Of a DNA stretch of 64,000 bases, positions 44,926 to 54,557 are shown piece after piece. Under the pieces are notes generated by a model. That model saw only the letters and a list, made by a program, of their open reading frames with translations, ran no database searches and had not been told where the DNA came from. The stretch covers positions 18,674 to 82,673 of the forward strand of contig JBCBJQ010000019.1 of assembly GCA_038523235.1 (NCBI GenBank), in the 5' to 3' direction. The translations under genes and the position numbers were made by a program. This DNA is from Cyanobacteria bacterium J06626_4. GTDB taxonomy: Bacteria; Cyanobacteriota; Cyanobacteriia; Phormidesmidales; Phormidesmidaceae. Positions within the stretch are counted from its first letter, which is position 1. Each line of letters opens with the position of its first letter.

Positions 44926-45636
44926 TTAAGCCTCTTGACTCAAAGGCAGCTCACCGGGCAGACAAATCAGACCATCCCCGTGGGCCGCAATAATGCCCTG
45001 CTGACGCAACTTACCCATCAGGCGGGTGACGGTCACTCGGGTGGAGCCGATGGCACTGCCAATTTGCGCGTGAGTCAGCGGAAAGGGGAGATAGTAGCCA
45101 TCAGCAGACGCCTCGCCAAATTCTTCGATGAGCAGGGTGAGGAAACCGATCAGGCGATCGATGGTGCGGCGCTGGCCTAAGGTGCTAAGCCAAAGCAGCT
45201 TGCGCTGATGCTGATGCCGAAAGGCTTCTAACACTTCACGGCGAAAATGTGGCCAGTTGTCCAAATCATGCCAATACAGCCAAATGACTGCGGTTTGATC
45301 GACATGGGCAAAGCTTTGCAAGGAGAAAGGAGACTGCGCAATAATTTCAAAGGGTTGCCCAGGGCCGACAAAACCGAGAAAAGCCTCTTCGTCTTGGGCC
45401 ATCAATGGCGTTGACGCCATATCTTCTTCGCTGTCACCAGCGACGCCGACGCTGAGCTGGGCACTGCCCGTGAGTCTGACCGCTCCGCGCTGTACTAAAT
45501 AAAGCAGACCCGGTCGTGACGGAATCCGCTCGTCTTTGACAAAGGTACGGCAACGATAATGTTCTTGAGCCCAGTCTGAAATCCTTTGCCACGTGAGGAA
45601 TGGGCGTGCCTGATTAGCCGAAGATGTTGGGTACAT
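44926..45636 (-). CDS. devH: Crp/Fnr-family transcription factor, DevH-like
   Basis: RPFLTWQRI.DWAQEHYRCRTF...LTHAQIGSAIGSTRVTVTRL matches my recollection of Anabaena DevH; the Crp HTH itself is clear. Confidence 0.72.
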   Translation of the reverse strand: MYPTSSANQARPFLTWQRISDWAQEHYRCRTFVKDERIPSRPGLLYLVQRGAVRLTGSAQLSVGVAGDSEEDMASTPLMAQDEEAFLGFVGPGQPFEIIAQSPFSLQSFAHVDQTAVIWLYWHDLDNWPHFRREVLEAFRHQHQRKLLWLSTLGQRRTIDRLIGFLTLLIEEFGEASADGYYLPFPLTHAQIGSAIGSTRVTVTRLMGKLRQQGIIAAHGDGLICLPGELPLSQEA

Positions 45637-45933
45637 ATGCGTACATTTTTAAAATTAGGACTACGTTGACCGTGCAGACTCAAACTGACCTAACCTGGTG
45701 GATGCCTTCTGATCGCTTTGACTAAAAATTCAGCCCAAAAGCCACAAATCAGAGCAGAAATAACAGCAAGAAATGAGTGATTGTACATAAAAGGTGGTTT
45801 ACCTTATTTCATATTAAACCAAAGCCTACGTGTTATTTCTAGTAAATCGGATACTAAGTGATGCCGAACACACTACCAAAATGAGTAGGCTGCACTACTG
45901 GACTGAAACCCGACTAGATTTGTTGCCAGACCG

Positions 45934-46860
45934 ATGAAACTATCTGACGATGTGGTGAATTGGGTAGCGAATCTTGCGCCTAGAATCCTGTTACAAAAAG
46001 CACTTCTGTACAACCTCACGGCGACAGCAGACTTTCAGACCTCGCTGATTAAGTCATTTCCACTCAGTGGGTTAATCGTTCCTGTGCCTGTAGGCTACCA
46101 ATATCAGTCGGCGATCGCCCACTCATTGGCGGCAATGGATACTCGCGATGCCGATACTCTAGCGCATCATCTGGCACAAGCAATTGCTGAGAGCATTTCT
46201 ACTCAGAGTGGCGGCGACAGTTCAGCGGTTGCCACCCTCATGCGGGGGTTGCAACTGCAGGCCACCGGTCAAGGATATTTGTTGATCACCCTGGCCCCAG
46301 AGGCGATCGCGGGCTGGCTGCAGCATGTGCATGATGCTCCGGCACCGACGGTTATACGAGCCATTGGGGATGAACCGCGAGCGACTTTAGAGATTGGATC
46401 GTGGCCATTGTGCGATCGCCTACATCTGTCGTTACCGATGTTGCTGCAGTGGGCCTATAGTCGCTGTGCCACCTGGCTGGGTCAGCTGGCATCCCTAGAT
46501 GCCGATATCAAGACAAATTACTGGTCACTTCACCGGCTCATGGCGACCGAACCTTTCCGAGGTCACAGCCGCAATTCATTTTCAACCCATGACACCCTGA
46601 CCGGGCATTTACTCTTGCCGACCCTCATGAGAGCCTTAGATCAGATGGCGACGCGTCCACAGGTCAAAACGGGGGTTGGTCAAGGCTATGCGATCGCAGC
46701 AGCGATCTATGAATTTGATGCGGCGACACCTTTAGGCCGTTTTCAGCACCTCTCTGTGCCAGCGCGGGTGAATCATTGGAGTACGCTGAGAGTGACTCAA
46801 AAGATCCTCGCGGTGATCATCACTCAGCTGTTTGGTATGCCGCCAAAGAGCCATCTGTGA
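45934..46860 (+). CDS. Degenerate ArgRS-related (DALR-like) protein
   Basis: Y.SAIA..L, G.L.I.L....IA.WLQ and LQWAYSRC (compare QYAHAR); no catalytic HIGH core. Confidence 0.55.
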   Translation: MKLSDDVVNWVANLAPRILLQKALLYNLTATADFQTSLIKSFPLSGLIVPVPVGYQYQSAIAHSLAAMDTRDADTLAHHLAQAIAESISTQSGGDSSAVATLMRGLQLQATGQGYLLITLAPEAIAGWLQHVHDAPAPTVIRAIGDEPRATLEIGSWPLCDRLHLSLPMLLQWAYSRCATWLGQLASLDADIKTNYWSLHRLMATEPFRGHSRNSFSTHDTLTGHLLLPTLMRALDQMATRPQVKTGVGQGYAIAAAIYEFDAATPLGRFQHLSVPARVNHWSTLRVTQKILAVIITQLFGMPPKSHL

Positions 46861-46917
46861 AACCGAGCCCAGCTCACAGTGCCACTGATTGTGTGAATCC
46901 TGAGCCAATTACCAATT

Positions 46918-47649
46918 ATGCCAAAAACCCTCAATCATCCTGATTTTCTAGCCAGGGTTGAACATCCTGAAAACCTGGCCCTCTATGCCGAGAATCTGCA
47001 CAAATGCTTTGTGCTGCACGCTCAAGGGGGCGTCCGACTACCTGTGCTGGAGGGAATGTCTTTGGCGGTGAGGGCCGGTGAGTGCGTCGCGCTGCAAGGG
47101 GCATCGGGATCCGGTAAATCGACCTTTATGAGATCGCTCTATGCTAATTACCGCATTGATCAAGGCGCAATTTGGGTTAAGCATTTAGGTGGCTGGGTCA
47201 ACTTGCCGACCTTACCGCCCCACGACTTGATTGCCGTGCGGCAGCAGACGATCGGCTATGTCAGCCAGTTTTTGCGGGTGATACCCCGCGTTCCGGCTTG
47301 GGAGGTTGCGGCTGAACCGCTGATGAATTTGGGCGCTGATGCCGATGCGGCGCAAACGACCGTGCAGACATTATTCAGCCGCTTGCAGCTGCCAGAACGC
47401 CTGTGGCATCTATCGCCCACCACCTTCTCGGGCGGCGAAAAGCAGCGGGTGAATATCGCCTATGCCTTCTCTGTGGACTATCCCATTTTGCTGTTGGATG
47501 AACCGACCTCAGCGTTGGATGCCACTAATCGAGAAGTGGTTATGCAGCTGATCGAAGAACGGAAGGCCCAAGGCTGTGCCATGGTCGGCATCTTTCACGA
47601 TGACGAGGTGCGCGATCGTGTCTGCGATCGCGGCCTGCATTTCGGTTAA
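46918..47649 (+). CDS. phnL: C-P lyase ATP-binding subunit PhnL
   Basis: F.LH.QGG..LPVL, GASGSGKS, LYANY, GYVSQFLRVIPRV, P.TFSGGE.QRVNIA, GIFHD. Confidence 0.92.
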   Translation: MPKTLNHPDFLARVEHPENLALYAENLHKCFVLHAQGGVRLPVLEGMSLAVRAGECVALQGASGSGKSTFMRSLYANYRIDQGAIWVKHLGGWVNLPTLPPHDLIAVRQQTIGYVSQFLRVIPRVPAWEVAAEPLMNLGADADAAQTTVQTLFSRLQLPERLWHLSPTTFSGGEKQRVNIAYAFSVDYPILLLDEPTSALDATNREVVMQLIEERKAQGCAMVGIFHDDEVRDRVCDRGLHFG

Positions 47650-47732
47650 AACATTGACGCTCGCGATCTCAGAGGTTTGACAGTGCCAAACCTCTAGGAG
47701 AAACTCGGGGAGCTGATTTAAGCGCCGTGCTT

Positions 47733-50423
47733 CTATTCCGTGTCTGCGTCAGCTGACTCGTCAGGGCTGGTAACGTCCGATGCCACTGGCGTCACGTTGG
47801 TATCGACCGTGGTGATGTCGGCATCCGCTGCGGCTACTGTCGCCCCGCCTGCGGTATCTACCGCCGCTCCCTCTGTTTCGGTGTCCTCACCATCCACCTC
47901 ATCTTCTTCCAGCTCTGCTGGCACGACGGCCACCGCAGCGATCGCGTCATCCTCATCCAGGCGCTGCAATCGCACGCCCTGAGCGGAGCGCGACTGAATC
48001 GAAATATCGTTCACCCGCTGGCGAATGATGATGCCGCGATTGGTCACCAGCATCAGCTCTTCTGACTCATTGACGACTAACACTGCCACCAGTGAGTCAT
48101 CGTCTAGACGGAACTTCAGCGCTTTCAAGCCCATGCCCGCACGATTTTGCAGGCGGAAGAGTTCAATCGGCACGCGCTTGCCCATCCCGCCTGCCGTAAT
48201 CACCAAGATCCAAGGCCCTGGGCTGTTGGTCGCGGCTTCGTCCGAGTCGTCGTCATCGTCGGTGTCCGCGATTTCGGCTTCTGCCACGGCATCCGTCACC
48301 TGGGATGGCAAGATATCCATGCTGATCAGCTCATCCCCGTCACGCAAGTTCATCGCCTTCACGCCTCGGGTCGGCCGACCCAAGGGCCGCAGCTGGTCGT
48401 CATCCGCCTTAAAGTGAATGGTCATCCCCTTGTGGGAGCCGATGAGAATGCTGTCACTGGTGCGAGCCAACCGTACCCAGCGGAGCTGATCACCCTCCGC
48501 CAGAGAAATCGCAATGAGACCATTGGCGCGAATGCTGCTGAAGGCTGACAGGGCGGTCTTTTTGACGTAGCCGCTTTGGGTCAGCATCACCAGATATTCG
48601 TCATCGGTGAATTCTTCAACGGCGATCACCGAGGTGATTTTTTCCTCTTTGGGGATGGGCAGCATCTGCACAATCGGAATCCCCTGGGAGGTGCGAGACC
48701 CCTCGGGCAGCTGATAGGCCCGTAGAGAATAGGAGACACCGCGATCGCTAAAGAACAAAATGTGATCGTGGCAGCCACAGGTAATGAAGTGTTGAATGCC
48801 ATCGTCTTCTTTAATGCGGGCGCCAGCTTTGCCGCGCGTGGCTCGGCTCTGCGCCTCGAAGGTATCAACGGGCATACGCTTGATGTAGCCGTACTCCGTT
48901 ACCAGAATCACGACCTGCTCGTTGGCAATCAGTGAAATATCGGTCAGGTCGCCCGTATCCGGCTCAATTACCGTGCGGCGGTCATCGCCGAAGCGATCGC
49001 GTAGATTCTCTAGCTCCGACACGATGATGTCTAAAATCCGCTCGCGGCGGGCCAAAATATCTTGCAAGTCGGTAATGCGGGCCTGCAGCTCTTCGTGCTC
49101 ACGCTGAATCTTGTCGGTTTCCAGGGCGGTCAACCGACGCAGCTGCATCTGCAAAATGGCGTCCGCCTGCACTTCTGTGAGGCCGTAGCCCTCAATCAAC
49201 CCCTGCTTCGCCGTCGGCGTGTCCGCCGCATGGCGAATCAGGGTGATGATGCCGTCCATGTTATCCATGGCGATCAAATAGCCCTGCAGGATGTGATCCC
49301 GCTCTTCAGCCTTACGCAGCTGATATTGGGTGCGGCGGGTAATGGTTTCTACCCGGAAGTCGACAAAGACTTCCAGCATGGGTTTCAGGCCCAGCAGTTG
49401 GGGTTCGCCATTCACCAGGGACAGCATGTTGACGCCGAAGTTGCTTTGCAGCGGCGTCTGCTTGTACAGATTGTTCAACACCACCCGCGCATAGGCATCG
49501 CGCTTGAGTTCAATGACGATGCGCATGCCCTCGCGATCGCTTTCATCGCGGATGTCAGAGATGCCGTCTAACCGGCGCTCATTCACCATTTCAGCGATCT
49601 TTTCGATCATCGCCGCCTTGTTAGTTTGATACGGCAACTCGGTGATGATGATGGCGTCGCGATCAGGGCGGCCCCGCTGTTCAATCGTTTCGATATTGGC
49701 CACGCCCCGCATGGTGACGGAACCTCGCCCCGTCGTGTAGGCATCGCGAATGCCCCGTGTGCCCAAGATTTGCGCCCCGGTGGGAAAATCCGGCCCCGGA
49801 ATCATCTGCATGAGTTCTTCGAGGGAAATTTCTGGATTGCGAATTAGGGCGATCGTCCCCGTCAGCAATTCCCGGAGGTTGTGGGGGGGGATGTTGGTGG
49901 CCATGCCCACTGCAATTCCCGAGGAGCCGTTGAGCAACAATTGGGGCACCCGCGCGGGCATCACAATCGGTTCTTGCTGCGACCCGTCGAAGTTGTCGGC
50001 AAAGTCAACGGTCTCAGCTTCAATGTCTTGCAGTAGCGACTCACCGGTCAGCGCCTGCAGGCGACATTCGGTGTATCGCATGGCGGCGGGCGGGTCATTA
50101 TCGATGGAGCCAAAGTTGCCGTGGCCGTTAATCAATGGCGCGCGCATCGAAAAATCTTGGGCCATGCGCACCAAGGCGTCGTACACCGCCGTGTCACCAT
50201 GGGGATGATATTTACCCAATACCTCACCCACGACCCGGGCGCACTTTCTAAAGGGGCGGTCAAAGGTTAACCCCAGCTCGTGCATGGCGTAGAGAATGCG
50301 GCGATGCACCGGCTTCAGCCCGTCTCTAGAATCTGGCAGCGCCCGCCCCACAATGACGCTCATGGCGTATTCCAAATAAGACCGGGACATTTCGTTCCGT
50401 AAGTCTGTGGGGATAATTGTCAT
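47733..50423 (-). CDS. gyrA: DNA gyrase subunit A
   Basis: [23 protein letters not shown], GyrA-box-like QSRATRG, beta-pinwheel repeats, acidic tail. Confidence 0.96.
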   Translation of the reverse strand: MTIIPTDLRNEMSRSYLEYAMSVIVGRALPDSRDGLKPVHRRILYAMHELGLTFDRPFRKCARVVGEVLGKYHPHGDTAVYDALVRMAQDFSMRAPLINGHGNFGSIDNDPPAAMRYTECRLQALTGESLLQDIEAETVDFADNFDGSQQEPIVMPARVPQLLLNGSSGIAVGMATNIPPHNLRELLTGTIALIRNPEISLEELMQMIPGPDFPTGAQILGTRGIRDAYTTGRGSVTMRGVANIETIEQRGRPDRDAIIITELPYQTNKAAMIEKIAEMVNERRLDGISDIRDESDREGMRIVIELKRDAYARVVLNNLYKQTPLQSNFGVNMLSLVNGEPQLLGLKPMLEVFVDFRVETITRRTQYQLRKAEERDHILQGYLIAMDNMDGIITLIRHAADTPTAKQGLIEGYGLTEVQADAILQMQLRRLTALETDKIQREHEELQARITDLQDILARRERILDIIVSELENLRDRFGDDRRTVIEPDTGDLTDISLIANEQVVILVTEYGYIKRMPVDTFEAQSRATRGKAGARIKEDDGIQHFITCGCHDHILFFSDRGVSYSLRAYQLPEGSRTSQGIPIVQMLPIPKEEKITSVIAVEEFTDDEYLVMLTQSGYVKKTALSAFSSIRANGLIAISLAEGDQLRWVRLARTSDSILIGSHKGMTIHFKADDDQLRPLGRPTRGVKAMNLRDGDELISMDILPSQVTDAVAEAEIADTDDDDDSDEAATNSPGPWILVITAGGMGKRVPIELFRLQNRAGMGLKALKFRLDDDSLVAVLVVNESEELMLVTNRGIIIRQRVNDISIQSRSAQGVRLQRLDEDDAIAAVAVVPAELEEDEVDGEDTETEGAAVDTAGGATVAAADADITTVDTNVTPVASDVTSPDESADADTE

Positions 50424-50618
50424 GGGGTTAGAAAGCTCCAAAATCGTAAAAATTTAGCCTCCATCACAGACTCGAATCGTCTGTCTGCGATCGCGGCTAA
50501 ATTGATCGAAAAGTATTTGACAGTATCACTTATTTTATCACGTTTTTTAGGTTCCAGAGAGGGGCGGTATGCTATGAGAACAGATGCTCAACACCGCGAC
50601 AGCGAAGTTTTTCAGCCT

Positions 50619-51566
50619 ATGGCTTCTCAGCTCACCGTGATCTATTCCGAGGCGTTTCTGCGGCATGAGACCGGCCCCCTCCATCCCGAAAATTCTGGCC
50701 GCTTAGGGGCGATCGCCCAAGCGCTCAAAACCGCGCCTTGGGCCGCTCAATTGCAGTGGCAACTGCCCACTGCGGTCGCTGACCGTGATCCCGATGCCTA
50801 CATTCGCGCGGTGCACCAGCCGCAGTACCTTAGTGCGTTGGCCCAGCTAGCGGCGAGGGGCGGTGGTCGTCTTGACCCCGACACGCCCGTTTCGCCCCAA
50901 AGCTTTGATGTAGCCTTGCTAGCGGTCAATGGCTGGCTTGATGGCGTTGATTGTGTGTTGCAACGGCAGCAGTCGGCCTTTGTGCTGGCACGTCCACCCG
51001 GTCACCACGCCATCAGCGATCGCGGTATGGGGTTTTGTTTATTGAGCAATGCGGCGATCGCTGCCCACTATGCCCTGCAGCAGCCCGGTATTGATCGCGT
51101 CGCCATTTTGGATTGGGATGTGCACCACGGCAACGGCACCCAAGCCCTGGTCGAACAAAACCCTCATATCGCCTACTGTTCGCTGCATCAGTCACCGGCC
51201 TATCCCGGCACGGGAGACTCCAACGAACAAGGTTTTCACCACAACGTGCTGAACATTCCCATGGTGTCGGGCAGCACCCTAGCGGAGTATCAGCCCCAGT
51301 TCGAACAGGCCGTGCTGCCGTTTTTGCGCAACTTTCATCCCGATTTGCTGATCGTCAGTGCGGGCTATGACGCCAATCATGCTGATCCGCTGGCAGGGGT
51401 CTCGTTGCAACCGTCAGACTACGAACTCTTCACCCAATACTGCCTCGACATTCAGCCCCACATTCTCTTTGGGTTAGAAGGGGGGTATGACTACGAGGCG
51501 CTGGCCCAATCGGTGGTGGCCACGATCGCCGCCTGCCTGGAGACAGACATCGTTGGAGTCCGGTAG
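50619..51566 (+). CDS. Histone deacetylase family protein
   Basis: HPE...RL, RPPGHHA, GFC, DWDVHHGNGTQ, SAGYDA...DPL, LEGGY. Confidence 0.93.
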   Translation: MASQLTVIYSEAFLRHETGPLHPENSGRLGAIAQALKTAPWAAQLQWQLPTAVADRDPDAYIRAVHQPQYLSALAQLAARGGGRLDPDTPVSPQSFDVALLAVNGWLDGVDCVLQRQQSAFVLARPPGHHAISDRGMGFCLLSNAAIAAHYALQQPGIDRVAILDWDVHHGNGTQALVEQNPHIAYCSLHQSPAYPGTGDSNEQGFHHNVLNIPMVSGSTLAEYQPQFEQAVLPFLRNFHPDLLIVSAGYDANHADPLAGVSLQPSDYELFTQYCLDIQPHILFGLEGGYDYEALAQSVVATIAACLETDIVGVR

Positions 51567-51934
51567 CGATCGCGCTGTTAACAGTCAATCAAAAGTGCTG
51601 ATATTGGTGATAATTCCGCGGTTTACGGCGATGGCTTTAGGCATCTGTACCTCAGTAACGTCCCCTTGAAAGACGTGTTTTCTGCAGGGATTTGGCAGTG
51701 CTAAATCCCTGCATCGGCACGCTATTTTTAAGCGTCTCCCTTAGGGAAATCTACGGGTATGATGGGGACACATTCAGGGGATTCCTGATCCAGGAGGGGA
51801 GGCGTTTGAGGCGTTGTCCCGCTGCTGAAATCCGACTGGTGGTTTCTGACGCTCTACCTGACCCAGCTGATTGATCTGCTGTTGCCCAGCCCGATCGCCG
51901 CTGGTGGACGACTGTCGTTTCCCCAATTGCACCC

Positions 51935-53137
51935 ATGATATTTTTTCCGACCGCTCCGCAATCAGGATTGGCGCTGTCTTTGGCGCTGGCGGGGGGAGCC
52001 CTGCTCAGCTCTGCCGCGATCGCCGCGAACCCAGCTGATATTCAACAGCTGTTACAAACCAACCTCTGCGAAAACTGTGACCTGTCGGGCGCAAACCTCC
52101 GCGGTCTCGATTTGCGGGAGGCCCAGTTGACCGGGGCCAATTTGCAGGGCGCTTGGCTTAATTTTTCTGACTTGAGCCGAGCGGATTTGCGCCAGGCCAA
52201 TCTGCAAGGCGCAGACATTTCCGGTACCCGCTTTCAAGGAACCAATCTGCAGGCAGCCGATTTGACCGATGCGATCGTCACCAACATCTGCCCTGCTGTC
52301 TCGGATAATTCGGATTGGTTTATGACCTCCGATTGTGTCGCTTTAGATCTGGTGACAACCCTCGGCACGGAATTGTGTGACCCGATTTACGAGCTGCAGG
52401 GCGTCGTTCCTGATCTGGATGAATGGCTAGACATCTGTTCCGCCGATTGGGAAGTGTATGCCTATTTGTTCTATGGCTATCCCGGTAGTCTAGACGGCAT
52501 TCAGCTCGGGGTTGATTTCCTGGGGGCTGACCTCACCGCCGCTCGTCTCACGGGCGTCGATCTTAGCAGCGCTGATCTCCGCTACGCCCGACTCGACCAG
52601 ACCGATCTGACCGGGGCCAAGTTCAACTATGCTCTGCTGTGGGAGGCCGATATTGTTGATGTTCAGAATGCCGACTTTGACGGGGCAATATTGACCCAGG
52701 CCGACGTGAGCACGACCCTGGGCAGCTTGTATGAACAAAGTGAGATGCAGGTCTGGCAGGGTGAGGCTCAGTCGTATTTGGGGGCGATGAATCGGGGACA
52801 GCAGGCTTATTATTTGGAGGCTAGCGAATTTGCGCGTGAACTGTCGCTGCTACAAGTGGGCATTCCTCAGATTACCGAGGGCTATCGCTATGGCGTGGCC
52901 CAAATTGCGGATGATCATGTGATCAATCGCGCCGTGCCCCTGCAAGAAAACTTAGTTGCCTACATGGGGATTGCCTATCTCACCACAACCACGAATGGTG
53001 AAGTGTTCTCTACAGCGCTCCTCTGCGAAGCCGAGCCCGACAGTCCCAATCCGAATACAGCGATCGCCTTCACTCCCCCGGCCCAAGCGAATGTTGTGGC
53101 GACTTGTCCTGACGGCTGGCGAGACTTGGATTTCTAA
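51935..53137 (+). CDS. Exported pentapeptide-repeat protein fused to a type IV pilin-like G/H domain
   Basis: Signal peptide, C..CDL, A(N/D)Lxx repeats, C-terminal EA..Y.GAMNR.QQAYYLE...CE...CP.G. Confidence 0.8.
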   Translation: MIFFPTAPQSGLALSLALAGGALLSSAAIAANPADIQQLLQTNLCENCDLSGANLRGLDLREAQLTGANLQGAWLNFSDLSRADLRQANLQGADISGTRFQGTNLQAADLTDAIVTNICPAVSDNSDWFMTSDCVALDLVTTLGTELCDPIYELQGVVPDLDEWLDICSADWEVYAYLFYGYPGSLDGIQLGVDFLGADLTAARLTGVDLSSADLRYARLDQTDLTGAKFNYALLWEADIVDVQNADFDGAILTQADVSTTLGSLYEQSEMQVWQGEAQSYLGAMNRGQQAYYLEASEFARELSLLQVGIPQITEGYRYGVAQIADDHVINRAVPLQENLVAYMGIAYLTTTTNGEVFSTALLCEAEPDSPNPNTAIAFTPPAQANVVATCPDGWRDLDF

Positions 53138-53332
53138 GGCTCTTGAACGTACCGAGTATGGAAGTAGAAGGTGGAGAGTGTGAGAGTAGGGAGTTGCCCA
53201 AAACTCACGTCCTTGCAATGCAGGGGAGTGGAGGGGTATGGGGCCAGATTAGTCGTCTTGCTTTCAGAAAAGCGGGATTAGCGGCTTGGCAGAAAGGGGC
53301 GGGCCGTGATCGCCCATGGCCGTTGCCAAAGC

Positions 53333-54169
53333 TCACTTTAGCTCTGGTTGATGAGTTACCACTAGGTCTTGAAAGGCCAGCAATGCCTGCTGATGGCGAT
53401 CTCCTGCCACCCAGGGAAAATCGTTGTGGCCCGCTGCTTCTACCCAGAGGGACAGCTTCGGTTCGGGTAACGCGTCGTATAGAGTCTGGCTGTGCTCAAA
53501 GGGAATGACGCGATCGGCCTGACCATGCATCACCAGTACCGGCACCTGAATCTCTGGCAGTTTGTCGAGATTCGTAAACTTGTCAAAGGGCAGTAGCGGA
53601 AACGGCACCACCACTCGAAATACCGAAGTAAACGTGCTCTCTAAGATCAAGCCCGCGATCGCCTGTCGGGTCGCTAATTCGACAGCGGGGCCACCGCCGA
53701 CTGACCGGCCATAAACAATAATCTGCTCAGCCGGGATGTTCAGCTGCTGGGTGAGATAGGCATAGGCAGCGTCAGCTTCTTCATAGGCATTCCTTTCACT
53801 GGGGTGACCATCGCTGGTGCCATAGCCCCGGTAGTCATAGGCAAAAACGCTAAACCCAAAACTGTGCAACCGCTCCAACACTGGACGCACCGTGCCCAGA
53901 TCTTCGGCATTACCGTGAATGTAGAGCAGCGTATAAGTGGCTTGTTCGTTGAACAGGTAGGTGCCAGAAATGGCTTCGGTCTCATTGACGGGAATTTTGA
54001 GAATCGCCTCGGTATCTTGATAGCTGGTCGTTGGCGGCAAAAAAATCATGCTGTCGGCCCGAAAAAAGACATAGACCGCAAAAAAGGCGTAGATAAAAAT
54101 GACAGAGCGCAGCATTCTTAGCCAACTCAATTCGCCAATCAGCCGCTGTTTTAATCGAGAATCTGGCAT
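53333..54169 (-). CDS. Alpha/beta hydrolase
   Basis: HGNAEDL, YDYRGYG, GRSVGG nucleophile elbow, HG..D, GHN. Confidence 0.9.
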   Translation of the reverse strand: MPDSRLKQRLIGELSWLRMLRSVIFIYAFFAVYVFFRADSMIFLPPTTSYQDTEAILKIPVNETEAISGTYLFNEQATYTLLYIHGNAEDLGTVRPVLERLHSFGFSVFAYDYRGYGTSDGHPSERNAYEEADAAYAYLTQQLNIPAEQIIVYGRSVGGGPAVELATRQAIAGLILESTFTSVFRVVVPFPLLPFDKFTNLDKLPEIQVPVLVMHGQADRVIPFEHSQTLYDALPEPKLSLWVEAAGHNDFPWVAGDRHQQALLAFQDLVVTHQPELK

Positions 54170-54557
54170 GAGTACGCGTTGTGAACTTCCGGTTTCAGCC
54201 TGGCTTAGATGACGTTGGGGATGTGATCGAGGTGTCCGCCGTTCAACTGTCTGGCTGATGCTGCGGCAATTCCACCCTAACTGGAGCCGTTGGGAGGCTC
54301 AACGGTTCAGCCTGGGCAAACTCAAACCCATTGGATCTCCAGATTTTGCTGGGCAGCTCAGCTCAAGCACAGACTCAAGCCAATAGGTTGTATCATTCAC
54401 ATCCATACAGATCAACGAATTCATGATGAATACATTGATGACTTGAATCATCACATTGATGATTATTTTCCAGATTTCTTTTCAGGGTCTGGTGCCGTTT
54501 GCGTCTAGGGTTTTGAGCCAAATATCTGCCAAATTGTGAATTTAAGGAGCAGCTTCT

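Noticed and set aside
54170..54557. glmS ribozyme, NtcA site or small ORF upstream of glmS
   Set aside because: No ribozyme consensus; the GTA-N8 candidate ends in ATC, not TAC; the short ORFs lack support
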